From NCBI GenBank assembly GCA_965279515.1, contig CBDIID010000003.1, positions 448,001 to 512,000 of the forward strand: 64,000 nt of DNA, read 5' to 3'. The position numbers were made by a program, and so were the translations under genes. The stretch is from Turneriella sp. (lineage in GTDB: Bacteria > Spirochaetota > Leptospiria > Turneriellales > Turneriellaceae). The stretch's first letter is position 1; each line of letters opens with the position of its first letter. Shown piece after piece: positions 9,853-20,155 of the stretch. Below the pieces are notes generated by a model that was not told where the DNA came from, ran no database searches, and was given only the letters and a program-made list of their open reading frames with translations.

Positions 9853-11478
9853 CTATTCCCATTCAATCGTGGCCGGAGGTTTGGAAGAAATGTCATAGAC
9901 GACGCGGTTCACACCCCGCACTTCGTTAATGATGCGGGAAGCAATTTTTGATAGCACGTCATAGGGCAGATGCGCAAAATCGGCGGTCATGCCGTCTTCA
10001 CTGGTAACGAGCCGCAGCGCAATGACGTTCTCGTACGTGCGGTTATCGCCCATGACGCCCACAGAGCGCACCGGCAGAAAGATCGCACCTGCCTGCCAGA
10101 CCTTCTCATACCAACCCGAATTTTTGAGTTCGTCGAGCATGATGGCGTCGGCATCGCGCAGTGTGGCGAGGTTCTGTTTGGTCACCGGGGTGAGAATGCG
10201 GATAGCCAGCCCGGGCCCCGGGAATGGATGGCGAAAAAGCAGGTTGCGGTCGATCTTGAGCGCAAGCCCCAGCCGCCGGACTTCGTCTTTGAAGAGCTCT
10301 GCAAGCGGTTCAATCACCCTGCCCGCCTTGATGAGGTCGAGCACACCCTGCACGCGGTTGTGGTGTGACTTAATCGTCTGTGAAGGGCCTTTCACCGACA
10401 CGCTTTCAATGACGTCGGTATAGAGCGTACCCTGAGCGAGAAATTCGTGGTGTCCGAGTTCTTTAGCCTTGGCGGCAAATTCCTCGAGGAATAGTTTGCC
10501 GATGATCTTGCGCTTCTGCTCGGGTTCATCGACACCTGCGAGGGCCGTCAAAAAGCGATCCTCGGCGTCGACAACTTCGAGCGCGATGCCGAATTCTTTT
10601 TTAAACCGCGTGCGCACCGCCTCGGTTTCATTCTTGCGCATGAGGCCGGTGTCGACATAGACACAGGTGAGCTGTTTACCGATGGCTTCGTGCAAAAGTT
10701 TTGCCGTGACGGTCGAATCCACGCCGCCGGATAACCCCAGGAGCACGCGGTTTTTACCGACCTGCGCCCGGATTTCCTGTATTTTTTCTTCGACAAAGCG
10801 GCTCATCGTCCACTCGGGCTTGAGGCCGCAAATTGCCGCGGCAAAATTTTTAAGAATGACCTTGCCCTGCGTCGAATGCTGCACTTCAGGGTGAAACTGC
10901 ACACCGTAGACGCGCGCTTTTTCGTCGGCAATCACCGCCATCGGTGAATTTTCCGTGACGCCGATTTTAACGAATTGTTTCGGCAGCCTTTCGACTTTGT
11001 CGCCGTGTGACATCCACACCTGACCATGCCCCACACCTTTGAGCAGCGGTGATGCCTTTTTGGCTTTGAGCGTTGCGCGGCCAAACTCGCGCGCGGCTGA
11101 AGCAGCGACCTTGCCACCATTGAGGTGGCAGATGAGTTGCAGGCCGTAACAGATGCCGAGAATCGGCACGCCCAGATCAAAGATGCCTTTGTCAACGGTG
11201 GGCGCACCCTTTTCATAAACGGAAGCAGGCCCGCCGGAGAGGATAATCCCCGCGGGGTTGAGCTTCGTAATTTCAGCAAGACTCAGGTGGTGCGGATGGA
11301 TTTCGGCGTAATAACGGAGCTCGCGGATGCGGCGGGCAATCAGTTGCGTGTACTGCGAGCCGAAATCGAGTACGACGATCTTTGCTGGCGTTATGCCCGG
11401 CATTGGTTTCGCTGTGTTTTTAGACGCCGCCTTGGGTGCGGGTTTTTTCGCTACTTTTGCAGGCGTCTTTTTTTTCAC
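9853..11478 (-). CDS. guaA: GMP synthase (glutamine-hydrolysing)
   Basis: LDFGSQYTQLIARR, GICYGLQ, QFHPEV, SGGVDS, KPPATIEWE. Confidence 0.97.
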   Translation of the reverse strand: MKKKTPAKVAKKPAPKAASKNTAKPMPGITPAKIVVLDFGSQYTQLIARRIRELRYYAEIHPHHLSLAEITKLNPAGIILSGGPASVYEKGAPTVDKGIFDLGVPILGICYGLQLICHLNGGKVAASAAREFGRATLKAKKASPLLKGVGHGQVWMSHGDKVERLPKQFVKIGVTENSPMAVIADEKARVYGVQFHPEVQHSTQGKVILKNFAAAICGLKPEWTMSRFVEEKIQEIRAQVGKNRVLLGLSGGVDSTVTAKLLHEAIGKQLTCVYVDTGLMRKNETEAVRTRFKKEFGIALEVVDAEDRFLTALAGVDEPEQKRKIIGKLFLEEFAAKAKELGHHEFLAQGTLYTDVIESVSVKGPSQTIKSHHNRVQGVLDLIKAGRVIEPLAELFKDEVRRLGLALKIDRNLLFRHPFPGPGLAIRILTPVTKQNLATLRDADAIMLDELKNSGWYEKVWQAGAIFLPVRSVGVMGDNRTYENVIALRLVTSEDGMTADFAHLPYDVLSKIASRIINEVRGVNRVVYDISSKPPATIEWE

Positions 11479-11924
11479 GGGAATAACGGGCAGGAAACTG
11501 CAAGCAACAGATCAGATTTTTTATCGAGTTCGCCCGCTGGCACCATCAAATGGTTGCGGTCCATGAAACTTTTGCGGTCGCTGCTGCCCCCCACGGAAAT
11601 GTCTACAGTGATCGTGTTCTTGCGTTGTGCGCGGTTCACCGATACTGCCGTCAGGGAGAAGTTCGATTTGTTTTTCAGCTTCACCGACCCTGTTTTAGTT
11701 TTAGTGGCGCTCAGCGGTTTCTTACTTACGAATTTGAAAGAGTGATACTTTTTCAGCGATTCATCCTTCTCTATGGATTTCATGATCTTCTTCAGCTTTG
11801 AATCCGCGCCGCCCTCCTTTTCAGAGGCGGCGATCTGCGTCACCTGGCAGGTCAAAAACACTTCTTCTGCATGGAGCGGCGCCATGCCTGCGGCAACAGC
11901 TGCCGCCCAAAACACAAACTTCAT
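11475..11924 (-). CDS. Hypothetical exported protein
   Basis: Signal-peptide-like N-terminus; 4-nt overlap with the guaA start. Confidence 0.65.
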   Translation of the reverse strand: MKFVFWAAAVAAGMAPLHAEEVFLTCQVTQIAASEKEGGADSKLKKIMKSIEKDESLKKYHSFKFVSKKPLSATKTKTGSVKLKNKSNFSLTAVSVNRAQRKNTITVDISVGGSSDRKSFMDRNHLMVPAGELDKKSDLLLAVSCPLFP

Positions 11925-11993
11925 GAGACATAATCCAAGAAGCCTTTCAGGCGATAAAGAGGTTTTGGGATACCCCCAATCCGCGGGAAAAAG

Positions 11994-12974
11994 TTAATCC
12001 ACAAAAAAGTCGGCTTTGCGCTTTTTGAGGCGCTCCGCCTTTTTCTTAGCCAGGGCATTCGCCAGCTTCTGCCCGGGATGGATATCGGCCGGGGCATCGA
12101 GCACAATTTTCAGATTGCGGTCGAAGCATGCCTTATCTTGCGCAAAAATACAGTATGTACGGGCATAAAAATACTGCGTGATCAACAGTTTGCCTTCGGT
12201 ATATTTGAGGTTCTTTTCAAAGGCTTCTTTAGAACGGGGCAAGTTGCCGCCCATCATCTCAGCGCGGGCACCGAAGTAGACGCCCTCGAACAGCCAGGCG
12301 CCGGCGAAATAATACGCTTCATCCCAGGCTTTGACCTGCGCCATCATAACTTCAATTTTCGGCAGCTCAGACAAAGCCTGCGTGTCTTCACGGTCGACAT
12401 TGATCGACGAGCCCCAGGCAAAGGCATACCAGAACACGGCGGCAATATCGTCTTTGTCGAGTTTTGCGAGTTTTTCCTGTAGCTGTTTTTCGCTGATCGC
12501 CGCGAGGTTATCAATCTCGAGGCGGGGCAACAGTACCTTACCGGCATAATCGCGCGCACGTAGGTAGAGCATCTTCGCGCGCTGCTGCTGGCGTTTGACT
12601 TCGGCTTCTTTTTTATCCGCTTCGGCCTGCTCCATTTTGTCTTCGGCAAACGAGAGCGTGTACGCCGAATAAATTTCGGCGATCATCAGGTTCAGGTCGG
12701 CATTGTTTTCATCATGCACCTGCATCGCTTCGAGCAGTTTCAGGTTTGAAGCGATCGAAATCTCGGCGATTTCGAGATCGGTTTCCTGCTCGAAGACCTT
12801 GCGGCTCTCGGCAAAAAAGCCAGTGGCCTGGCGCACTGCCATTTTTTTCAGCGAGCAGTAGTTTACAGAGAAAAATACAAAGGCTGAGCCCAGCAAGAAG
12901 ACAACGCCCCTCCCCCTGCGCCCCCTCCCCAAATTTGGGGAGGGGGTTGGGGGGTGGGGCGAAACCGACATCAT
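11994..12974 (-). CDS. TRAP-transporter TatT-component family lipoprotein
   Basis: Lipobox-like SVNYC; helical TPR-like body with FWYAFAWG, MMGGN, N..AKKKA typical of TatT; start ATG 12974 just after the FNR stop. Confidence 0.75.
   Translation of the reverse strand: MMSVSPHPPTPSPNLGRGRRGRGVVFLLGSAFVFFSVNYCSLKKMAVRQATGFFAESRKVFEQETDLEIAEISIASNLKLLEAMQVHDENNADLNLMIAEIYSAYTLSFAEDKMEQAEADKKEAEVKRQQQRAKMLYLRARDYAGKVLLPRLEIDNLAAISEKQLQEKLAKLDKDDIAAVFWYAFAWGSSINVDREDTQALSELPKIEVMMAQVKAWDEAYYFAGAWLFEGVYFGARAEMMGGNLPRSKEAFEKNLKYTEGKLLITQYFYARTYCIFAQDKACFDRNLKIVLDAPADIHPGQKLANALAKKKAERLKKRKADFFVD
12921..12959. repeat. REP-like palindrome, family B, inside the TatT 5' end
   Basis: Perfect 26-bp palindrome CCCCCTCCCCAAATTTGGGGAGGGGG (12921-12946) plus GGGGTGGGG tail; related to 34021-34053. 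Confidence 0.75.
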
Positions 12975-12975
12975 A

Positions 12976-13857
12976 TCAATACACCTCTTCCACGATGCGG
13001 TCTTCGATACTCTGGTAATAATTCTCACCTTTACCGTTGGCCGCGGCAAGTGCATTCACCGCTTTCGAAACGCCGTCTTCCATGCCTTTCAGGCCACACA
13101 TGAAGATGATGGTTTTCTCATCGCTGAGCACCGGCCAGAGTTTCGGACCGTGATCATGGATCAGGTCGCCGACATAATAACGGCCGCCAGTAGAATTTTT
13201 CATTTCACGGCTCAAAGCCTTGAGGTAGAGAAAATTCGGCTGGGTATACTGGATGAATTCTTCATGGTAAAGTAACTCCGCCTTGGTTTTCACACCGAAC
13301 AGCAGATAGACCGGCGCTGAAAAATTCGGCGTATGCTTGAACAGGCGTTCGAGAAAGCCGCGGAAGGGAGCAATCCCCGTTCCCGTTGCAATGAAGACAT
13401 AGGGGCGATGGATTTCTTCAGGAACCGGTAGTGCAAACTTGCGGCCCGCAGGGCCGGTGAGATTGACTTCGTCGCCGACCTTGAGATCGCAGAGATAATT
13501 CGATGCAACGCCGCGGTAAATTTGCCCGGTTGCCTCGTCTTTACCCCACGAACGTTTGACACAGAGTGAAAGATTTTCACTGCCCGGAACGCGCGAAGCC
13601 AAAGATGCGATTGAATAAAGACGCACTGCATGCGGATTGCCCTTTTCATTCAGCCCTGGGGCCAGCACGCCCACACTCTGCCCGTCGAGGTAGTTCATCT
13701 CGCGAGCGTCGAGTACGATGTGGCGGACGTCGTTTTCGTCATTTTCGCGGTAGAGAATGCGGTTTTCGAGCACCTTGGCCTTGAGCACATTGGCTTTTTT
13801 ATAGGTATTGACCTCGACCGTTGGCCGTGTAAATTCTTTCGTTGCTGTTTCTGACAT
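12976..13857 (-). CDS. Ferredoxin--NADP(+) reductase, plant-type
   Basis: RLYSIAS, GVASNYLCDL, ATGTGIAPFR, MCGLKGME, C-terminal EVY. Confidence 0.93.
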   Translation of the reverse strand: MSETATKEFTRPTVEVNTYKKANVLKAKVLENRILYRENDENDVRHIVLDAREMNYLDGQSVGVLAPGLNEKGNPHAVRLYSIASLASRVPGSENLSLCVKRSWGKDEATGQIYRGVASNYLCDLKVGDEVNLTGPAGRKFALPVPEEIHRPYVFIATGTGIAPFRGFLERLFKHTPNFSAPVYLLFGVKTKAELLYHEEFIQYTQPNFLYLKALSREMKNSTGGRYYVGDLIHDHGPKLWPVLSDEKTIIFMCGLKGMEDGVSKAVNALAAANGKGENYYQSIEDRIVEEVY

Positions 13858-13885
13858 ATAGGGTTTTAGGTTTGAACCGGGAGCG

Positions 13886-14173
13886 TTAGTGTGCGCAACC
13901 CGGCCCACAGGAATGTGCGCTTTTGGTTGTCGTGGTGCTATCGGCCTTTGTCTCTGTGGAAGTTGTAGTGCTGGCAGCTGAACTACCGGCCTTTTTGTAA
14001 TCGTTCACATAAAAGCCTGAACCCTTGAATACCACGCCGGCGCCAAGGCTGACCTGGCGCGATGTCTTCACAGAGGAGCATTCGGGGCAAACGACCTGCG
14101 GCTGTTCGTTCATGCCATGGAATTTTTCAAAGATGCGCCCGCAATCCGCGCATTTATAATCATACGTTGGCAT
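13886..14173 (-). CDS. FmdB-family zinc-ribbon protein
   Basis: MPTYDYKCADC...CPEC...FKGSGFYVNDY. Confidence 0.9.
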   Translation of the reverse strand: MPTYDYKCADCGRIFEKFHGMNEQPQVVCPECSSVKTSRQVSLGAGVVFKGSGFYVNDYKKAGSSAASTTTSTETKADSTTTTKSAHSCGPGCAH

Positions 14174-14179
14174 AGGGGT

Positions 14180-14208
14180 AATATACTAAGGAAAAAACGC
14201 ACCGTCAA
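14180..14208 (-). promoter_or_regulatory. Sigma70-type promoter, probably leaderless
   Basis: TTGACG-17 nt-TATATT, 6 nt upstream of the ATG at 14173. Confidence 0.7.
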
Positions 14209-14338
14209 GCAGACAAAAAATTGAGCACTTCGGGCCGCTGGGCGTCTCTACGGCTTGTGAAGAGCGCAGGTTTTAAGAAAATATTCCGGACGATTGGCCG
14301 TTCACTGGTAAGGTATTTTGTCGGCGGCTGAGCTCAAC

Positions 14339-15160
14339 ATGTCTTTTAAAAATTCTGCCGCCTGTCTTGCCTTTGCCTTATTCGGCACCCTCTCGCTTTC
14401 GGCCGGCGAATGGGGAGCAGAAGCATCTATCGGCGGATATCCCGCTATTTATTATCAGGAAGAACTCAAGAAAAACAATAGCAATTACCGTAGCCAGTTA
14501 TCGGGGCGCCGCGACGCCCTGTCTTTTACCGCCAAACTTTATTATGAATGGATCGGATTGCGGTTTTGGTCGGACAGTTATTTGGGCGCGTCAGGCAAAC
14601 AGAAACTGGATTACCAGGTTGCGGGTCCGGGAAACAGTTCTTCGAAACAAAGTACTGAAAACCAGGGCATGCCTTTCTCTTCAGCGCAGACACTGCGCGC
14701 AGAAGTACAGCTGCGAAAATTTTATTACGGCCACCGCGAGATTCTGAGCTTAAACGGTGGGCTGCTCTACCGCAGCGTTACGCCGCAGCTGACCGGTCAG
14801 CCGGCAGATTATATACCGCAAAACATTTTGTCCCGTTACGCCACCTTTGGCATCTCCTTCGAACCGCTGCTGACAAATTTCGGCAGGATGGAGCTTTCGC
14901 TGCCGATAGATGTGAGCGTCGGCTTTAAGTTCCCCCAAGGCGGGCTTTTGGACAAAGGCGGTTTGGGAGCGGTTTTTTTCGGCGCTGGCATCAGGCTGGG
15001 TATTGAACCGCGCGGCGCCTTTGTCACGGCGCAGGCATTCGTAAATTTTCACGACACATCTTACCCCGCTGCGGGCGCAGAGTATACTTTCAGCCAGCTC
15101 GAGGTGGCAGCGCGCCTCATGGTGGGTTATTATTTCAGGAATCCGGTGTACCATGAATAG
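14339..15160 (+). CDS. Putative outer-membrane beta-barrel protein
   Basis: Signal peptide; amphipathic beta-strand pattern; ARLMVGYYF near the C-terminus. Confidence 0.6.
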   Translation: MSFKNSAACLAFALFGTLSLSAGEWGAEASIGGYPAIYYQEELKKNNSNYRSQLSGRRDALSFTAKLYYEWIGLRFWSDSYLGASGKQKLDYQVAGPGNSSSKQSTENQGMPFSSAQTLRAEVQLRKFYYGHREILSLNGGLLYRSVTPQLTGQPADYIPQNILSRYATFGISFEPLLTNFGRMELSLPIDVSVGFKFPQGGLLDKGGLGAVFFGAGIRLGIEPRGAFVTAQAFVNFHDTSYPAAGAEYTFSQLEVAARLMVGYYFRNPVYHE

Positions 15161-15563
15161 AGTTCTGCTCACCGTCCTCATGGCCGTCGTCTGTGCATGC
15201 AAAACGCCAACGGAAGTGACATTCAACTACGACCGCAGTGCACGGTCCCTGCAAGAGAAGATCAACGATACGAACTATACGTTTTACCATGAAAAAAATC
15301 CGCCCCGCCTGGAAGTGCCGGTGCACATGCAGCAGGATTTCCGCTCTGAAAAACTTCTGCGGTCGGGCAATTTCGTCTACCGGCTGCGTGTCGACGAGAC
15401 GGGTAAATTCACCTACCGTGCATTGAAACCCGCCCCTGAATTTTTTGAAAAGAACCTCACCGCGGTTTTAGACCAATTAAAATTCAAACCCGCCTGGATC
15501 GGCCCGAAAAATTTTGCGGCAGAACTGGATATCGACTTTGTTGTCGAATTCGAGGCGCAGTAA
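15153..15563 (+). CDS. Lipoprotein with TonB C-terminal-like domain
   Basis: Lipobox VCAC; G..VYRLRVDETG...QLKFKPA..G pattern. Confidence 0.6.
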   Translation: MNRVLLTVLMAVVCACKTPTEVTFNYDRSARSLQEKINDTNYTFYHEKNPPRLEVPVHMQQDFRSEKLLRSGNFVYRLRVDETGKFTYRALKPAPEFFEKNLTAVLDQLKFKPAWIGPKNFAAELDIDFVVEFEAQ

Positions 15564-17683
15564 TGAAACGGGCGACTCCACTGCTTATTCTCGCCCTGAC
15601 GCTCACCGGTGCGCTGCTGGCAGCGAAGACAGAGCCTGCGTTCCATGTCCGCGGGCGCCTGACATACAATGGTAAACCGCTCGCCGCCGTTGCTGTTGGG
15701 GTGAGGGAGCTGAACCTGACAACCTTCACTGACGAAAAGGGCGAGTTCGATCTCTACCCCGTGAAGCGCGGTGTATATGCTCTCGCCGTAAGCCATCCGA
15801 AGACAAAATCAGAGGTTTTCGATATCTACGTAAAGCGGGATTTCCGCATCGAAAAATCCCTCGGCGACGATGTGCCCCTGATACGCTCACAGCCCATGCA
15901 GCCGCCGTTTTTTGCGCCGACGAGTTCGAGCTATGACTCGGGCAAGACGGTTGAGAAGGCTGTGACCCTTGTCGGCCTTTCACCGCAGTATTACACCTTT
16001 TTACCCGCGAGCGCTAAGATGGGTGTGCTCTTTGAGCCGCCGGTCATCCGCTCACAGAACCCGATGCTGAACAGTTATGTCGCCGATGGCCTCGTGATGG
16101 ATATGCCCTTCCATTCGCTGGGTCTCTATAGCACGGCGAATCTGCGCCATACAGACGGTGTCCGGGTCTCGCGCGGCGTCTATGCAGTCACCGAGCGCGA
16201 CGCCCAGGGTGCCGCGCTCGTCGAAACTTTTTTGCCCGCAGGCAAAGAAGGCCGCAATGGTTTTGATTTCTATATCAACCCTGCGATTGCCGATGCCGCA
16301 GGCCATTACCAGATTTCAGACAAAGCATGGGGCAGCGTCGCTGTGCGGCGTACGATTCTCGAAGGGTATTTTGCGGCCGACAGCGCGGTACCCGCGGCGA
16401 TCGATTATCAAAGCAAAAACATTTTTCGCTTTAACAGCAGAAATTACCTCGAGATCGTTGCTCTAGGCGCAGACGATTCCATTCCTCTCACCAGCACGCA
16501 GAAATTCGGCTCGCGCGCGCATGCGCAAAAGGTCAAATACCGCCATCTGGGTGGTCCCCTGGTCTACGAACTCGAATTCAAGAACCGCTCTTTCGAACAG
16601 AACTATGTCGTGCTGGGCAGCAAAAAGAATATCACCAGCGTCACACCCCGCATCGGGCTGTTCTTCGCCAAAGACCACTATGCCGAAGTCGGCACCGATC
16701 TCTTCTACGAAGGCAGCTCTGCACAACTCTTTCAGGGCCAAAACATCGGCGGGCTCAACCTCGACATTCTTAAGAATTACAATATCGGTGGTTATGACGG
16801 CGGCAAGGGTGTTGCCTTCGGTGGTTATCTTTTATACCGGGGTAAGATCGGTCGTTTCGGTGCTGAGTTAAGCTCACGCCTCGATAAATACCGTGAATAC
16901 GATACCGCGTATTCCGCGAATGCTATCCAACTCTATTATGAATTTATGCCGGGCGCGAAAATCTATGCCGGGGGCGCCAATACCCACCGCCGGCCCGAAC
17001 CCTATAAGTTAATTTCGGTATTGCCGTCGCCAGCGCTCGCACCAGAATCGAACTACAAGGCCGAAGCCGGTGTGGGATTTACCCCATTCCCGTTTCTGAA
17101 AGTGAATACGACAGTTTTCTATACGCGCTGGTCGAATCTCATCGCGCTGCGCACCGACACCGTCGGCATCACAGATATTTCGAATACCAGCATCTACCGG
17201 AACAGTGGTAGCTCTGAAAATACCGGCGTGGAGCTGAGTGCCATATTGCAGTACAAAAATTATTACCTGCGCTCGTCGTATACCTACCAGTATATGCCGG
17301 GGGATGATAATTTCTCGTTCTATTACCGCCGCCACATCGCCAATGCAGCGTTGATCTATTTAAGCGGCATGATGGCGCATACCGTGCAGCTCAAAGTCTG
17401 GTCGTTACCGGGTGATATCGCGGGAGCTAAAGACGATTCGCTGAATCCGGTCGTGCAGCTCGATTACCGCTGGTCGATCCAGTCTGATACCGGCGTATTT
17501 TTTACGGCTGAGATAGGGCAGATTCTGAACGCACCATGGAAATACCTGGCAGACCCGCACCGCAAAGAATATTACGACACCTCGGCGCTCGGCAATGCCT
17601 TTCTGGGCTTGCCGACAAAGGGCACAGCCACGGAAGAGTCGCTGCCCGTTCACCTGAACCTTGCCGCGGGGATGAAGCTATGA
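15563..17683 (+). CDS. TonB-dependent receptor-like protein
   Basis: N-terminal carboxypeptidase-regulatory-like domain (TFTDEKGEF), plug-like region, LAPES and GVEL barrel motifs. Confidence 0.75.
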   Translation: MKRATPLLILALTLTGALLAAKTEPAFHVRGRLTYNGKPLAAVAVGVRELNLTTFTDEKGEFDLYPVKRGVYALAVSHPKTKSEVFDIYVKRDFRIEKSLGDDVPLIRSQPMQPPFFAPTSSSYDSGKTVEKAVTLVGLSPQYYTFLPASAKMGVLFEPPVIRSQNPMLNSYVADGLVMDMPFHSLGLYSTANLRHTDGVRVSRGVYAVTERDAQGAALVETFLPAGKEGRNGFDFYINPAIADAAGHYQISDKAWGSVAVRRTILEGYFAADSAVPAAIDYQSKNIFRFNSRNYLEIVALGADDSIPLTSTQKFGSRAHAQKVKYRHLGGPLVYELEFKNRSFEQNYVVLGSKKNITSVTPRIGLFFAKDHYAEVGTDLFYEGSSAQLFQGQNIGGLNLDILKNYNIGGYDGGKGVAFGGYLLYRGKIGRFGAELSSRLDKYREYDTAYSANAIQLYYEFMPGAKIYAGGANTHRRPEPYKLISVLPSPALAPESNYKAEAGVGFTPFPFLKVNTTVFYTRWSNLIALRTDTVGITDISNTSIYRNSGSSENTGVELSAILQYKNYYLRSSYTYQYMPGDDNFSFYYRRHIANAALIYLSGMMAHTVQLKVWSLPGDIAGAKDDSLNPVVQLDYRWSIQSDTGVFFTAEIGQILNAPWKYLADPHRKEYYDTSALGNAFLGLPTKGTATEESLPVHLNLAAGMKL

Positions 17684-19467
17684 GAAACACCCTGCTTATC
17701 GCCTGTGCCCTCGCTTTCGGCTGCGCTTCGCTGCCTGAAAAAAAAATCTTAAAAGAGAAGGATTACCTGCTCTGGCAAAAAGATCTCACCGAACGCATCA
17801 GCCGTGAAGGCGATGATTTGGGCCTTCTCGCAGATCTCGCCGAAATCGCCCTGATCAACGAAGACTTTGATACGGCCCTGAAATCTGTCAGAACCCTGCA
17901 AACGAAGTCGGTAGGTGAAATCAAACCCCTGCTGTTACAGGAGATTGAAATTCTGCGCTATGCCTGGCGGCTCGATGAAGCTTTGAAAAAGCTCGACGCC
18001 TATGTCGCGGCCTACCCGCGCGATGCCACCAGCGCTCTTCTCAATAAACGCCGGCCCGTGATCGAAAAGAGCAAGGCATTGCCCGCACCGCTCAAGACTT
18101 CACCCTATGCGAAAAACCCCTACCCTGGATTTACCTACGCTGAATTCATGCAGGCGCCCAACGTCGTTTATCTCGATGGTCCTGAAAAGGAAATCTTTGC
18201 ACAGGCGAAAACGCTTGAGCCGATCGATCAGGAACTCTGGCTTAAGACAATAAAAGAATCGCCGCAGATCAGCTGGGACATGGGCGACGATGCCGAAATC
18301 CACCATTTCCCTGCATACCCCCCGGGCGCGACGAAACCCGTGGAAACGCCGGGGTTTTCCCAGAACAAGGCCGGCAACGTCACGCTGCGGCATGCAGATG
18401 GGCGGCGCGAAGATCTTGACTTTCTGCAGAAGCGTGGCTGCTCATTGCCCGGTTTTTCGCCCTGGCTCGATTTCTTCGTCGTGAGTTGCAAAAACGGCGA
18501 TCACCGGGATCTCGTATTATTCATGCGCACGGGTGCTGAATGGAAAGAGAACCCTATGGGCAGTGACATCAACACGCCGTTCGATGAAGTGCAGCCGCGC
18601 ATCTCGGCCGACGGGCGCTATCTGTTCTTTGCGTCCGATGGGCATCCCGGCTATGGCGCCTTTGATTATTTTTATGCGACCATCAGCTATGCTCAGGGCG
18701 CCATACGGTTCGGTGCTGCGGTGAATTTCGGTCCGCAGGTAAATACGTTCCATAACGAAGTCTATCCATTACAGATTTCCTCAGCGACAGGCGGCATCGT
18801 GTTTTCGGCTGAGGGCAAAAGCGGCCTCATCGGCAAAACCATGGCCGGTGGATTACCCCACGTGCAGGAAACCTTTTCGTGCCGGTTTATTGCCTATGGC
18901 GACAATGGCGCCATCGCCCAACAGGTGACGCTGCGCCCCGTGAAGGGGGACATCCGCCCTGCCATTACACTTGCCACTGGCGAAAAAGCCGACTGGATTC
19001 GCCTCATCGCCGGGGCCGAATACCGCGTGGCTTTCCGCACCACGGCGGGCATAGCGCTGGAGTTTAAGGTTCAGGCGCCCCCAGCTAAAGAAGCTAATTT
19101 TAACATGGAACGCTTCAGTGTGCTCGCGGCGCCTTCAGCGATTCGGCTCACCTACGATGACGACGTCACCAAGGTAACTACAGAAATTCGCCCTGAAATA
19201 GAAAAAGCGGCCCGGCGCCTGAAAGAAGATCCGAATCTGCATGCGCTGATCGAAGGCCATGCTGACAATATCGGCGGTGCTGGCTACAACCAGGGGCTCT
19301 CAGAAAAACGCGCCGAAGCGGCAAAAAAGCAGTTTATCCAATTGGGCATTCCGTCGCGGCGTATCACCACGCGCGGCTGGGGACAAGACAGGCCGCTCAA
19401 CGCTAACGCGACGAAAGAAGAGCGCACAGCAAACCGCCGCATTGAAATTCTGCTCGTCCCTGAATAA
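17680..19467 (+). CDS. OmpA-family lipoprotein (TPR-like, PD40, OmpA domains)
   Basis: Lipobox AFGC; INTPFDEVQP.ISADGRYLFFASD; EGHAD...NQGLSEKRA...NRRIE. Confidence 0.88.
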   Translation: MRNTLLIACALAFGCASLPEKKILKEKDYLLWQKDLTERISREGDDLGLLADLAEIALINEDFDTALKSVRTLQTKSVGEIKPLLLQEIEILRYAWRLDEALKKLDAYVAAYPRDATSALLNKRRPVIEKSKALPAPLKTSPYAKNPYPGFTYAEFMQAPNVVYLDGPEKEIFAQAKTLEPIDQELWLKTIKESPQISWDMGDDAEIHHFPAYPPGATKPVETPGFSQNKAGNVTLRHADGRREDLDFLQKRGCSLPGFSPWLDFFVVSCKNGDHRDLVLFMRTGAEWKENPMGSDINTPFDEVQPRISADGRYLFFASDGHPGYGAFDYFYATISYAQGAIRFGAAVNFGPQVNTFHNEVYPLQISSATGGIVFSAEGKSGLIGKTMAGGLPHVQETFSCRFIAYGDNGAIAQQVTLRPVKGDIRPAITLATGEKADWIRLIAGAEYRVAFRTTAGIALEFKVQAPPAKEANFNMERFSVLAAPSAIRLTYDDDVTKVTTEIRPEIEKAARRLKEDPNLHALIEGHADNIGGAGYNQGLSEKRAEAAKKQFIQLGIPSRRITTRGWGQDRPLNANATKEERTANRRIEILLVPE

Positions 19468-19494
19468 GCTCCGGCTTGACAGTGTCATCTGCGG

Positions 19495-20115
19495 ATGCAC
19501 TCCGCACGCGCCGTGTCCTGGGATCTGAAAAACGTTCACCATCGCCTGCCCTGGTTCGGCCTGTGGCGCATCCGCCGGCGCATTAACAAGGTGACGAAGA
19601 AGCTTTTCAACCGCCTGCGCAAAGACAAGAAGTCGCTGATGGAATACGGGAATCTGCGCCGGGGCAAACCCTGGGGTTTTCGCGACGGGCACGACCTGAC
19701 CTGGACCTTTCTCGTCGACCTGCTGGCCGACCGGCCCTTAATATATAAGGTGACTTACAATATCCATGAAGGCCGCTACCATTGCTACTCGCGCTCGGGC
19801 GGCAAGAACGAGATGACCAATGTGCTGCAATTTACGAGCGAAGACCTCGACGAGCTTGTCGCCCGCCTCTACACCCTCGCCGCCGAAATTCCGGCGATGC
19901 GTGAGCGTATGCTCAGGCAGCATCTCTACTCGCTGAAAAGCGAGAAAAGCCCGAAAAGGTGGCTTGACCTCTTCCGCAAAAAAAATCCCGAAGCAGACAT
20001 GGCTTCCCTCGCCATGCTGCGCGAAGTAGTACACGCGATGCTGACGCAGAATAAGATTTCGAAGAATGAAGCGTTAAAACTTATGTCATACGCAGAAACG
20101 CTGCACGGCGATTGA
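19495..20115 (+). CDS. Hypothetical protein
   Basis: 206-aa ORF filling the gap in a co-oriented cluster; start uncertain. Confidence 0.6.
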   Translation: MHSARAVSWDLKNVHHRLPWFGLWRIRRRINKVTKKLFNRLRKDKKSLMEYGNLRRGKPWGFRDGHDLTWTFLVDLLADRPLIYKVTYNIHEGRYHCYSRSGGKNEMTNVLQFTSEDLDELVARLYTLAAEIPAMRERMLRQHLYSLKSEKSPKRWLDLFRKKNPEADMASLAMLREVVHAMLTQNKISKNEALKLMSYAETLHGD

Positions 20116-20155
20116 ATTTCATTTACGGCCGGTCCCGGACATAGGCCATTGCGCC

